From positions 21,198 through 85,197 of the forward strand of contig CAYRGN010000012.1 of assembly GCA_964423865.1 (NCBI GenBank): DNA of 64,000 bases. The letters are read 5' to 3'. Each line of letters begins with the position of its first letter. Within the stretch, counting starts at the first letter, position 1. The stretch comes from an uncultured Lacihabitans sp. (GTDB taxonomy: Bacteria; Bacteroidota; Bacteroidia; Cytophagales; Spirosomataceae). Below are positions 1-9,114 of the stretch, in pieces. Below the pieces are notes generated by a model, which saw only the letters and a list, made by a program, of their open reading frames with translations, did not search any database and had not been told where the DNA came from. The position numbers and the translations under genes are program-made.

Positions 1-194
1 GCGTAAAATTCATAGATAAACCCGATGAAAGCAATGATGGGTCCGAGTGTAATGCCTAAAAATCCGAAACCGAATTCCTTCTTGTCGAGGGTCATGATGA
101 TAAAACCCAGGATGATCAGTCCGAGACCGATAAGCATGTGTACATAGTTGGTCTTTTTAAAAGGCAGACCTGACTTTCCTGTTGAATTGTCCAT
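1..194 (-). CDS. DUF3098-like small membrane protein (3' end runs off window)
   Basis: Manual translation from ATG at 194: MDNSTGKSGLPFKKTNYVHMLIGLGLIILGFIIM...; directly downstream of ftsX, the usual Bacteroidota arrangement; not in the ORF track. Confidence 0.75.
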   Translation of the reverse strand, partial: MDNSTGKSGLPFKKTNYVHMLIGLGLIILGFIIMTLDKKEFGFGFLGITLGPIIAFIGFIYEFY

Positions 195-200
195 TGGTTA

Positions 201-1079
201 TCAATATAATTTATCTAAATCCATTTTGTTATACCGGGCCACCGACTGGTAGGTACTCAGTATGCCGATCACCGGGCCCAGCAGAAGCAGAATTAAAAAG
301 AGAATGTAGGTCAGCCCGGGGTTAGACAGCAGGCTGAGGCCTTCTACCTGCACCGTGGCCGCGTAGCCTGTAAGGTAGATCAGCACAATGCTCAGTACGG
401 CCGCCAGCAGCCCCTGGAAGAAGCCCGTCAGGAGGAAAGGCTTCTGAATAAACCAGTCGGTAGCGCCTACCAGCTGCATGGTGCGGATGATGAAACGTTG
501 GGAATAAAGCGCCAGCTTGATCGTATTATTGATCAGCAGGAGGGTAGCTACAAAGAAAATCAATACAATGATGGCCACCACCTTATAGATCTTGTTGACA
601 TTGGTGATGATGCCTTTCAGGAAGTCTTTGGGGTAGTCTACGTCTGTTACCCCCTCGATCCGGGCTATCCGGCCCTGAAGCTCCTGTAAACGGCTCTCGG
701 TAATGTTCTCTTCTTTCAGTTTGATATTGTAGGCGTCACTAAAAGGGTTCTCGCCCAGTACTTCCTGGTAATTTTCCCGGGTTTCCTTGAAAAAAATCTC
801 CGCCGCTTTGTCTTTGGTGATCAGGGAAATGGCCGGTTTTCCGTCTACGGTTTCCGCAATGTCTAGTTTGACCAGTTCGGTGTGAAGATGGCCGATAGCG
901 GTGGAATCCAGGGATTTGTCGAGATACACCTGCACCTCTACATTCTGGCGTACATATTTAATCAGTTCTTTTGAAGTAATGGCAATCCATCCGCAGAAGC
1001 CGATGAGGAAAAGCGCCACCGTCAAACTGACTGTAATCAGTATGCCCGGATAGTTGCCCAATTTACTGTTGATATTCAT
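201..1079 (-). CDS. ftsX: Cell division permease FtsX
   Basis: 292 aa; N-terminal TM, periplasmic loop, 'NTIKLALYSQRFIIRTMQLVGATDWFIQKPF' FtsX signature. Confidence 0.9.
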   Translation of the reverse strand: MNINSKLGNYPGILITVSLTVALFLIGFCGWIAITSKELIKYVRQNVEVQVYLDKSLDSTAIGHLHTELVKLDIAETVDGKPAISLITKDKAAEIFFKETRENYQEVLGENPFSDAYNIKLKEENITESRLQELQGRIARIEGVTDVDYPKDFLKGIITNVNKIYKVVAIIVLIFFVATLLLINNTIKLALYSQRFIIRTMQLVGATDWFIQKPFLLTGFFQGLLAAVLSIVLIYLTGYAATVQVEGLSLLSNPGLTYILFLILLLLGPVIGILSTYQSVARYNKMDLDKLY

Positions 1080-1194
1080 TCAGTTGGAATATTTACCCTC
1101 AAAGATAAATACTACACGGCTTACACTCCTACTTTTTAAGGTTTTTTAGTATATGGAGTTCTGCTTGGAAGTCCTGTACGTCAAAATGAGAAAA

Positions 1195-1380
1195 TTAACT
1201 TAACATGATTTCAAGAATTCCGAAAGTGGGATTGTGAATGAAATTTTCGATTTCAGTTTCTTCTCTGGTGAGAATTTTGGCAATCTGCTCTGTTCTTAGA
1301 TTTTTTGTTCTAAGCCAAATGATTTTGGGAGGATGTCCGAAAAGGGAGTTTAAATCATCAAAGTCTGAATCTAACGTGAC
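1195..1380 (-). pseudogene. C-terminal remnant of a DUF5615 (PIN-like) toxin
   Basis: Open frame VTLDSDFDDLNSLFGHPPKIIWLRTKNLRTEQIAKILTREETEIENFIHNPTFGILEIMLS* with no start codon; overlaps the end of the DUF433 gene. Confidence 0.75.
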
Positions 1381-1567
1381 TTAATACGGCGTATATATCA
1401 TTTTCTGAAAGTTCATCGAAATCTGTAAGAATTTCAGAAATCGTCATGCCTGAGGCTAACCAGTTGAGCACGTCTGTCACAGTGATACGCATCCCTCGTA
1501 TAGTAGCTTGTCCGCTTCTTTTTCCCGGCTGAATCGTTATAATATTTTTAAAATCTTGCATTTCCAT
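1358..1567 (-). CDS. DUF433 family antitoxin-like protein (C-terminus probably altered by deletion)
   Basis: 'ITIQPGKRSGQATIRGMRITVTDVLNWLASGMTISEILTDFDEL' DUF433 pattern; TATATTTG promoter at 1591-1598 favours a start at 1567 or 1561. Confidence 0.85.
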   Translation of the reverse strand: MEMQDFKNIITIQPGKRSGQATIRGMRITVTDVLNWLASGMTISEILTDFDELSENDIYAVLSHVRFRL

Positions 1568-1628
1568 ATAAAAGTCGTTTAAACTCCCTCCAAATATAAA
1601 CAAATATTTGGGAAATCGGGTTCAAGAA

Positions 1629-1691
1629 GAGTAGTGAGTAGTGAGTAGTGAGTAGTGAGTACCGGGTAGTGAGTAGTAAGTGGTGAGTAGG
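1629..1691. repeat. Heptamer tandem tract (GAGTAGT) x9, partly degenerate
   Basis: Read directly from the sequence. Confidence 0.95.
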
Positions 1692-1696
1692 TTGCC

Positions 1697-1751
1697 CTTC
1701 GACAAGCTCAGGGTGACATGGATTGCCTTTGTCATGCTGAGTTGGTCGAAG
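1697..1751. repeat. REP-like palindrome (CTTCGACAAGCTCAGGGTGACA ... TGTCATGCTGAGTTGGTCGAAG)
   Basis: 22-bp arms, 18/22 complementary, 11-nt loop; related to the 23-mer family at 63510-63620. Confidence 0.8.
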
Positions 1752-1793
1752 CATCAGGTTCCTGATTTTATTGATCGTAGTCCGGGGCCAGCC

Positions 1794-1845
1794 CTCACTA
1801 CTCACTACTCACTACTCACTACTCACTACTCACTACTCATTACTC
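1794..1845. repeat. Heptamer tandem tract (CTCACTA) x7
   Basis: Reverse complement of the tract at 1629-1691. Confidence 0.95.
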
Positions 1846-1849
1846 CGTT

Positions 1850-2707
1850 CTACTCTCCCCGCTTCGCCATCTCCTTCAGCGCATTCCATTCCGCTATCAT
1901 TTCCGGCATATTCTGCTCGATGATCTGCTCTACAGTATGGGTTACCCCTTCCAGGGTGCTGTGTTCGTCTATATGAAGGGGTTTTTTGAATTTCACGCTG
2001 AGTGTGGTATTCCTTCTTTTGTATTTAAGTCCGGTTTTATTGAAGGCGCGGCGGAAGCCGTTGATCACTACGGGTACCACAATGGGTTTATTGTCCAGTA
2101 TAATGTGGGCTGTTCCTTTGCGTATAGGCGCGTAGGGGCTCGTGGTACCCTGTGGGAAGCTGATTACCCAGCCTTCGCGGAGGGCCCTGGAAACGTTATC
2201 GCCTGCCGAACGGTCCACTTCCCGTTTCACATTTACGCCTTCGGCCCTCCAGCTTCTCTCCACCAGAATAGCCCCTGCCAGGCTGAAAACCTTCGGGATA
2301 ATGCCTGATTTCATGGTCTCTTTGGCCGCTACATAAAAGATAAATGCCCGGGGCGCCAGCAGGTATACGGGAAATAGCTTTTTACCAAATCCCCATTTTA
2401 CATTACTGAAAATATGGTAAAAGGTGATCACGTCTGCGAAATAGGTCTGGTGGTTGGAGATAAAGAAGACATTACGGTCAGGCAGATCTTTCAGGTACTC
2501 TATGCCTTCAACTTTGAGTTTATTGGCCACGGCAATTTTCCAGAAGGTGGGCCAGCCGGCCACAAAGATGATCGCGCGCTTGAGAAACATGGAATTACCG
2601 AACGGGTCCCGCTGGAAGAGCCCCGGGAGATCCAGGTAACTCAGGAACCTCAAAAAAGGCCGGGAAGTGTTGGTAGGGCGCGGTAAAAAGTTTCTCAGTA
2701 TACTCAC
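1850..2707 (-). CDS. Lysophospholipid acyltransferase (PlsC family)
   Basis: NHQTYFAD (HX4D) and FPQGT motifs. Confidence 0.9.
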   Translation of the reverse strand: MSILRNFLPRPTNTSRPFLRFLSYLDLPGLFQRDPFGNSMFLKRAIIFVAGWPTFWKIAVANKLKVEGIEYLKDLPDRNVFFISNHQTYFADVITFYHIFSNVKWGFGKKLFPVYLLAPRAFIFYVAAKETMKSGIIPKVFSLAGAILVERSWRAEGVNVKREVDRSAGDNVSRALREGWVISFPQGTTSPYAPIRKGTAHIILDNKPIVVPVVINGFRRAFNKTGLKYKRRNTTLSVKFKKPLHIDEHSTLEGVTHTVEQIIEQNMPEMIAEWNALKEMAKRGE

Positions 2708-3286
2708 TTAATTCCTTTTTTCAATCTCATCTCTTATCTGGGCGGCCCGCTCATACTCTTCGTTGGCAATGGCATCTTTGAGCATGTGGTTCAGCTCTTC
2801 GTTGGAAAGGTGCCCCAGGCTGTTTCTCCCGCCCTTGACCTTGACTTCCCGGGGAGGTGCTTCCTGTGCGGCTTCGTCATCGGATGAGATACCGGCTACG
2901 GTCAGCACTTCTTCTGTGGTATAGATGGGCGCATTAAAACGGAGCGCGATAGCTACGGCATCGGAAGGGCGGGCGTCAATGTTTTTCTGGCGAATGCCGT
3001 CCGTACAGATAATGCGCGAATAAAAAACGCCTTCCTGGATGTCGGAAATATGGATTTCCTCTACCGAGAAATCGAAAGACTTGGCAAAGGATTTGAAAAG
3101 ATCATGGGTGAGGGGGCGCGTGGGCGAAAGCTTTTCCATTTCAATGGCAATGGCCTGAGCCTCAAACATCCCGATAATAATAGGGAGACGCCTGTCGCCG
3201 GAAGCTTCACTCAATACCAGGGTAAAAGAGCCGGCCTGGAGCTGGCTGGGCGACAAGTTCAATATTTCTAAACGTATTCTTTCCAC
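2708..3286 (-). CDS. Bifunctional nuclease (DUF151/BFN) with C-terminal UVR domain
   Basis: 'LPIIIGMFEAQAIA', 'RPLTHDLF', 'DARPSDAVAIALR'; UVR 'AIANEEYERAAQIRDEI'. Confidence 0.9.
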   Translation of the reverse strand: MERIRLEILNLSPSQLQAGSFTLVLSEASGDRRLPIIIGMFEAQAIAIEMEKLSPTRPLTHDLFKSFAKSFDFSVEEIHISDIQEGVFYSRIICTDGIRQKNIDARPSDAVAIALRFNAPIYTTEEVLTVAGISSDDEAAQEAPPREVKVKGGRNSLGHLSNEELNHMLKDAIANEEYERAAQIRDEIEKRN

Positions 3287-3352
3287 ACTGCAAATATAGT
3301 GTCGAATTTCAAGTTTATTTCACCCGTCGGAATGTTTATTCACAGAGACCGC

Positions 3353-4162
3353 TTACTTGCTGACCTCTTCATCGAGGCCGTCAGGCAGATAATACTCTAC
3401 GGTGGCGCGTAATCTTACGTCTTTGGGCCGGAGCTGGTAGTAGGCGTAAGGTGAAAGTTTAATCATGATGTTTTCATCCGGCCCTTTTTCACTGAGCTTG
3501 CCAATTACCTTGGCTACAATGGTGTGGCCTGTGGCCTCATTGGTGATTTTGATGTGGGAACCCACCGGCGCGGTACGGTGGAGTGCCAGGTATTTGGTGG
3601 ATTTGTTTGGGGTGTTGATCACTTCGGCCAGGCCGGTCTCCTTCATGTTTTTCCCGGTAGGGCGTAACCTCAGTTCGGCTTCCCGGTATGTGGTGGCCGC
3701 AATATGCGCAATGGTGGTGCCGTCTACAATGAGGCGGTCATCTATCCGAATGGCGTTGCTGGTGATGTTATTGGCTTCTACCAGGTTGGAAATATCCACG
3801 TTGTACAAGCGGGATATCGAAAAAACCGTTTCATTTGGTTTTACAACATGAATGGTGGTCAACGTAGTGGGCGTCTTTTCTATAGTGGTGGGCGCAGGTG
3901 TGTTTTTTGGTGCGGTCGATACCACGGGCGCGGGCGTGTTTTTCGGGAATTTAATCACCTGCCCCACCTTAATATCACTGTTGCCGCTGGCAAAACCCGG
4001 GTTAAGGGTTTCCAATGTAGCAAAATTGGTATTGTATTTTTTAACCAGGCTGTAAAGCGTCTCTTTGGGAGCTACCGTATGCAGGATAAAGGACTCATCC
4101 GTTTGCGCGAAAGACGGCAAAGACAAGGCCAGTACGGTGAATGCGGCGATCAGTTGTTTCAT
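3353..4162 (-). CDS. Secreted 2xLysM protein with C-terminal RlpA-like (DPBB) domain
   Basis: Signal peptide; LysM repeats 'HTVAPKETLYSL' and 'HVVKPNETVFSI'; 'ALHRTAPVGSHIKITN'. Confidence 0.8.
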   Translation of the reverse strand: MKQLIAAFTVLALSLPSFAQTDESFILHTVAPKETLYSLVKKYNTNFATLETLNPGFASGNSDIKVGQVIKFPKNTPAPVVSTAPKNTPAPTTIEKTPTTLTTIHVVKPNETVFSISRLYNVDISNLVEANNITSNAIRIDDRLIVDGTTIAHIAATTYREAELRLRPTGKNMKETGLAEVINTPNKSTKYLALHRTAPVGSHIKITNEATGHTIVAKVIGKLSEKGPDENIMIKLSPYAYYQLRPKDVRLRATVEYYLPDGLDEEVSK

Positions 4163-4270
4163 TTTGAGGAAAGCTTAGTATGCAAACCTAGTAAAATTTT
4201 TTGTCAAAGTCAAGAAGCTGGTATAATTAAAAATAGTGGTTAAATTTGTGGTAATAATGTACAAAGTCCC

Positions 4271-5017
4271 TTGAAAATCTTAGGAATTATCCCCGCCCGT
4301 TATGCCTCAAGCCGTTTACCGGCCAAATTGTTGCTGGAAGTCAACGGAAAAAGTATCCTCCAGATGGTGTATGAACAATGTTTGCGCGCCTCCAGCCTTT
4401 CCGATGTGATCATTGCTACAGACAATCCTATTATAGAAGAACACGTGAAGGGTTTCGGGGGCAATGTGGCCATGACTTCGGATAAACACCCGAGCGGAAC
4501 CGACCGCTGCGCCGAAGCCCTCAAAGTAATGGGAGGAACGGTGAGCTATGATTTTGTGATCAATATCCAAGGCGACGAACCGCTGATGGATCCCGAAAAT
4601 ATCAACCGCCTCAGCGCCTCATTTAAAATTACCTCGGAAATTTCTTCCGTATGCATCAAAATCAAAGATACAGACACCCTGCTGAACTCTAATGTAGTGA
4701 AAGTGGTGATGAATGAACAGCAGGAGGCCATGTATTTCAGCCGCTCGCCCATTCCTCACCTAAGGGAGGTAGAAACCGACCGCTGGGTGGCAGAAGCCGA
4801 CTTTTACAAGCACATCGGCATGTACGGTTTCCGGGCCGATATCCTGGAAAAAATCGTGAAATTGCCTGTAGCGCGGCTCGAAGGACAAGAGCGACTGGAG
4901 CAGTTGCGCTGGCTTTCCAACGGCTATAAAGTAAAGATGGTGGAAGTGTTTTCAGACGGGATTGGCATTGATACCGAGGAAGATTTCCTGCGGTTAAAGC
5001 AATTTTTGAACGGTTAG
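4271..5017 (+). CDS. kdsB: 3-deoxy-manno-octulosonate cytidylyltransferase
   Basis: 'IIPARYASSRLPAK', 'SGTDR', 'NIQGDEP', 'LEQLRWL'; TTG start. Confidence 0.95.
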   Translation: MKILGIIPARYASSRLPAKLLLEVNGKSILQMVYEQCLRASSLSDVIIATDNPIIEEHVKGFGGNVAMTSDKHPSGTDRCAEALKVMGGTVSYDFVINIQGDEPLMDPENINRLSASFKITSEISSVCIKIKDTDTLLNSNVVKVVMNEQQEAMYFSRSPIPHLREVETDRWVAEADFYKHIGMYGFRADILEKIVKLPVARLEGQERLEQLRWLSNGYKVKMVEVFSDGIGIDTEEDFLRLKQFLNG

Positions 5018-5049
5018 AAACGTATCCATTAATAACTAATAGAAAATTT

Positions 5050-6615
5050 ATGCAGCGTAGTACCATTTTGTGGGCTGATGACGAGATAGAGCTCCTGAAA
5101 CCATACATCGTTTTTTTAGAAACCAAAGGTTATGATGTCACGCCCGTGCCCAGCGGCGCCGATGCCCTTGACCTGGTGGAAAAGCAAAATTTCGATCTTA
5201 TTTTCCTTGACGAAATGATGGCCGGAATGACCGGCCTGGATACCCTCACCGAAATCAAGAAGGTGAAGCCGAATATCCCGGTGGTGATGATTACCAAGTC
5301 AGAAGAAGAACGTATCATGGAAGAGGCAATCGGTTCCAAAATTGCCGACTACCTGATTAAACCGATAAATCCGAACCAGATTCTGCTATCGGCTAAGCGA
5401 CTGCTGGATAACAAGCGACTGGTAGCGGAAAAGACCAACTCCAGTTATATGCAGGATTTCCGCCAGCTGACCATGCAATACAATGAGGAGCTGGACTTCA
5501 GCGAATGGGCCGAAATTTACCGCAAACTGGTTTTCTGGGAACTTGAAATCGACGGGTCTACCGACAAATCCATGGAAGAAGTGTTCCAGATGCAGAAGTC
5601 GGAGGCCAACACGCGTTTTGCGGAGTTTATTGAAGATAATTACGAGGAATGGATGACCAGTCCCAATGTGAAAAAACCGGTCATGTCGCACAATCTCCTC
5701 AAATCAAAGGTGTTTCCTCACCTGCGTAGCGGAGAACCCCTATTTTTTATATTGCTCGACAATTTCCGCCTGGATCAGTGGAAGATCCTGGAAGAAATCA
5801 TCAGCGACTTTTTTGTGGTGGAAGACGAAGATTCCTATTACTCTATTCTGCCTACTGCCACCGGCTACGCCCGTAACGCAATTTTCTCGGGGCTTACTCC
5901 TCTCGATATGTCGCGCCAGCACCCCGACCTGTGGATAAACGACGAGGGCGATAACGAAGAAGGACTCAATAAGAACGAAGAAGAGTTTTTAAGAAGGCAG
6001 CTGAAGAAAAGTAACATTACCCACAGTTTCAGTTTTCATAAGATACTGAACAATACCCAGGCCAAGAACCTGGTAGACGGGTTCAATAACCTGTTGAAAG
6101 ACGACCTGGTGGTGGTAGTGTTCAACTTTATAGATATGCTCTCGCACGCCCGTACCGACATGGCAGTAATCAAGGAGCTGGCCCCGGACGAGGCCGCCTA
6201 CCGTTCCATTACCCGATCGTGGCTGCTGCATTCGCCTATCCTGGATTTCCTGAAGCTGATTGCTTCCCGGAACGGTCGCCTGGTAGTCACTACCGATCAC
6301 GGCATGGTGAAGGTGCGGAACCCCAAACGAATTGTAGGAGACCGGAACGTAAACACCAATCTCCGCTACAAACAGGGCAAAAACCTGAACCTGGACGATA
6401 AGCGTGATTTTGTGATCGAAGTACGGAAGCCGGAGAGCTATAAGCTGCCTAGCCCCAATCTTTCTACGTCGTATTTCTTCACTACCAATGATTATTTCTT
6501 CGCTTACCCGAACAATTATAATCATTATGTCAGCCATTACCGCGATACCTTCCAGCATGGGGGCGTGTCTTTGGAGGAAATGATTATACCGGTGGTGAAA
6601 ATGCGGGCCAGGTAG
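5050..6615 (+). CDS. porX: T9SS response regulator PorX (receiver + PglZ/alkaline-phosphatase-like domain)
   Basis: Receiver 'ILWADDE..FLDEMM'; PglZ 'LPTATGYARNAIFSG', 'TTDHG', 'FQHGGVSLEEMIIP'. Confidence 0.9.
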   Translation: MQRSTILWADDEIELLKPYIVFLETKGYDVTPVPSGADALDLVEKQNFDLIFLDEMMAGMTGLDTLTEIKKVKPNIPVVMITKSEEERIMEEAIGSKIADYLIKPINPNQILLSAKRLLDNKRLVAEKTNSSYMQDFRQLTMQYNEELDFSEWAEIYRKLVFWELEIDGSTDKSMEEVFQMQKSEANTRFAEFIEDNYEEWMTSPNVKKPVMSHNLLKSKVFPHLRSGEPLFFILLDNFRLDQWKILEEIISDFFVVEDEDSYYSILPTATGYARNAIFSGLTPLDMSRQHPDLWINDEGDNEEGLNKNEEEFLRRQLKKSNITHSFSFHKILNNTQAKNLVDGFNNLLKDDLVVVVFNFIDMLSHARTDMAVIKELAPDEAAYRSITRSWLLHSPILDFLKLIASRNGRLVVTTDHGMVKVRNPKRIVGDRNVNTNLRYKQGKNLNLDDKRDFVIEVRKPESYKLPSPNLSTSYFFTTNDYFFAYPNNYNHYVSHYRDTFQHGGVSLEEMIIPVVKMRAR

Positions 6616-6652
6616 TTTAGGAATACGTTATAGCATTCTAAAAAGCAAAAAA

Positions 6653-7330
6653 TTACGCCGACAAATCCCGTACTTTACCCCCTTCGCAGTACAACGTTCT
6701 TTTGGGGTATTGCTCAATCAGGCCCAGTTCGTGGGTAGCCATCAGTATGGCCGTTTTGGAAAGCTGGTTGATTTTGAAGAAAAGTTTAAGGATCTCGATG
6801 GACTTTTCAGGGTCGAGGTTACCTGTAGGCTCGTCGGCCAGGAGAATCTCCGGGTGGTTAAGCAGGGCGCGGGCGATGGCGATCCGTTGCTGTTCACCAC
6901 CGGAAAGCTGATGGGGCATTTTTTTGAGTACATCGGGTAAACCCACCAGTTCGAGTACTTCGTGGATCCGGGCATCGATTTCGGCTTTGTCTTTCCAACC
7001 CATGGCACCCATAAAAAAACGCAGGTTCTGGTGAACGGAGCGGTCGGTGAGCAGTTGGAAATCCTGGAAGATGATGCCGATTTTACGGCGCAGGTAAGGT
7101 ACTTCTTTCGGTGTGATTTTTTCGAGCTGAAAACCGGCGACCGAGCCGGAGCCTTTTTCCAGCCAAAGGTCGGCATACAGGGTTTTGAGCAGGGAGCTTT
7201 TTCCACTCCCCGTCTTCCCGATGAGGTACACGAATTCTCCTTCCGCAATACCGAAATTTACATCTGAAAGCACCAGGGCTTCTTTCTGATAAATATCCGC
7301 GTGGGAGAGTGTGATGACCTCGTTTGCCAT
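6653..7330 (-). CDS. ftsE: Cell division ATP-binding protein FtsE
   Basis: Walker A GKTGSGKS, '[14 protein letters not shown]', [18 protein letters not shown]. Confidence 0.85.
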   Translation of the reverse strand: MANEVITLSHADIYQKEALVLSDVNFGIAEGEFVYLIGKTGSGKSSLLKTLYADLWLEKGSGSVAGFQLEKITPKEVPYLRRKIGIIFQDFQLLTDRSVHQNLRFFMGAMGWKDKAEIDARIHEVLELVGLPDVLKKMPHQLSGGEQQRIAIARALLNHPEILLADEPTGNLDPEKSIEILKLFFKINQLSKTAILMATHELGLIEQYPKRTLYCEGGKVRDLSA

Positions 7331-7333
7331 AGA

Positions 7334-7990
7334 TTATTTATTTCCTTTCGCGTAATCGGCCAGAAATTTCGCCAGTCCGATGTCGGTTAACGGATGATTA
7401 AGCAGAGCCAGTATGGCCGAAAGCGGACCTGTCATAACGTCTGCGCCGATTTTGGCACAGTTCAGAATGTGCATTGGTGTCCGTACCGAAGCGGCCAGGA
7501 TCTCCGTGGCATACCCGTAGTTGTCATAGATCAGGCGAATGTCCTCAATCAGGGTCAGTCCGTCGGTGCTTACATCGTCTAAACGGCCAATGAAAGGAGA
7601 CACATAAGTGGCACCGGCTTTAGCAGCCAAAAGGGCTTGTCCTGCCGAAAAAACAAGAGTGCAGTTGGTTTTAATGCCCCGCTCAGAGAAATATTTAATG
7701 GCTTTAACGCCGTCTTTGACCATTGGTATTTTTACTACAATCTGCTCGTGGAGTTTAACCAATTCCTGGCCTTCGCGGATCATGCCTTCAAAATCGGTGG
7801 CAATGACTTCGGCGCTTACGTCTCCGGTGACAATTTTACAGATTTCCTTGTAATGATTTTTGATATTCTCTTCCCCCGTAATGCCTTCTTTGGCCATCAG
7901 GGAAGGGTTGGTGGTCACTCCGTCTAATACACCCAGGTCCTGCGCTTCTTTGATCTCGGCAAGGCTGGCTGTGTCAATAAAAAATTTCAT
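7334..7990 (-). CDS. fsa: Transaldolase / fructose-6-phosphate aldolase family
   Basis: 'FFIDTA', 'GVTTNPSL', 'VVKIP', '[11 protein letters not shown]'. Confidence 0.9.
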   Translation of the reverse strand: MKFFIDTASLAEIKEAQDLGVLDGVTTNPSLMAKEGITGEENIKNHYKEICKIVTGDVSAEVIATDFEGMIREGQELVKLHEQIVVKIPMVKDGVKAIKYFSERGIKTNCTLVFSAGQALLAAKAGATYVSPFIGRLDDVSTDGLTLIEDIRLIYDNYGYATEILAASVRTPMHILNCAKIGADVMTGPLSAILALLNHPLTDIGLAKFLADYAKGNK

Positions 7991-8024
7991 GATTATGTAT
8001 ACAGATTAAGATAAGGTCAAAAAA

Positions 8025-8106
8025 AATGGCAAATTCACCGCTCAACCACCTACCCTTGCTACCTTCCGGTCCTGGGGGATTCAGCAGGAGCTGGTAATTT
8101 GCCGGT
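8025..8106 (-). ncRNA. ffs: Signal recognition particle RNA (4.5S)
   Basis: Minus strand GGCAAATTACC...CAGGACCGGAAGGTAGCAAG...GGTGAATTTGCC: conserved SRP domain IV with GGAA tetraloop and paired ends; TACCTTTG promoter at 8108-8115. Confidence 0.9.
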
Positions 8107-8197
8107 ACAAAGGTAGAAAAAATTTTCGGTAGCGCAAAAAAATGGTATCCTAAAAAATCAAGGAGGGTAGTGTAAAGTGCCCGATGAAACAAAGCGT

Positions 8198-8989
8198 CTA
8201 CATGGATTCTGGGCAAAGCGATGCCAGATGGTCAAGGCCATACTTGTGCTTGTCGATCAGTAAAATAGTCAGTACGCAAAATTCATCTCTTATAGGAAGC
8301 CGTGGGGTTTTGTAATAAGAAATTGCACCGGTCTCCAAATGCTTTTTTAAGAGCATTTCTGCCGATCTGTTAATTCTGTCTATAGTCTTGCGGGAGAACT
8401 CCACTCCTTTTTTGTTAGGATCGGTAATCTTATATTCATTTAGAAAGAGGTCAAGATCTGTTTCGGAGATTATTTTTAAGCCGTCGAAAAGGATTTCGAT
8501 ATCCGGAATTAAATAATGCAATGAATGATCTAAAAAAGACGCTTTCAGTCTTTTATTCTGATATATGCGGGCATGTCTGAAATGATCAGTGGTGAGTTCC
8601 TTGCACTTATTTGTTAAAAAATGGCGGTATTGTGTTTTCAGTTTTTCAAAGTAGAGATCTGTACTTTCAGAAAACTGAAGAAACTCTTCTGATGAAACAA
8701 TACGAATGAATTCTGCTTCAAACAGGCTTCTGAGGTCAGTATAATAAGCCAGTTCATTGTCACTCACGTCAGAAACCCGTAACCCGGCTTTTACATTCTC
8801 TATATTCTTTTGATATATCTTTTCAAAAACCGGAAGTTGGGCTTTATCCAGTACCCGGGAATAAATATAATACTCATAATCTAAGTTTTCCCATTCGGAG
8901 AAATGAGGAGGAAAAGAGCTCAGGTCATTTAAAGACAAAACCTTGGCCGTCTGCTCCTTAGTTAGCTTCAATTCAGGATAAGTCAACAT
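8198..8989 (-). CDS. Hypothetical protein (263 aa, no recognised family)
   Basis: Long AT-rich ORF filling the ffs-uvrC gap. Confidence 0.65.
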   Translation of the reverse strand: MLTYPELKLTKEQTAKVLSLNDLSSFPPHFSEWENLDYEYYIYSRVLDKAQLPVFEKIYQKNIENVKAGLRVSDVSDNELAYYTDLRSLFEAEFIRIVSSEEFLQFSESTDLYFEKLKTQYRHFLTNKCKELTTDHFRHARIYQNKRLKASFLDHSLHYLIPDIEILFDGLKIISETDLDLFLNEYKITDPNKKGVEFSRKTIDRINRSAEMLLKKHLETGAISYYKTPRLPIRDEFCVLTILLIDKHKYGLDHLASLCPESM

Positions 8990-9114
8990 AGTAGTATCTT
9001 TTTTATAGGTCTGCGGGCGAACTCGCAGGAAAAGGAATAGAGCGATATGAACTTTTTGTGGTAATTTTGAGTAAGGATTTTTGTTTCTAAAGTAGAAGAA
9101 GATCCTACAAATGT

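Noticed and set aside
1548-1976. ORFs 1548-1805 and 1680-1976 with THYSLL repeats
   Set aside because: They are translation artefacts of heptamer tracts and the REP
5050-6615. PglZ domain as a sign of a BREX defence system
   Set aside because: It is the receiver-PglZ PorX architecture, and no brx genes are present
8025-8106. Possible tRNA
   Set aside because: No cloverleaf or TTC T-loop; the sequence matches the SRP RNA core
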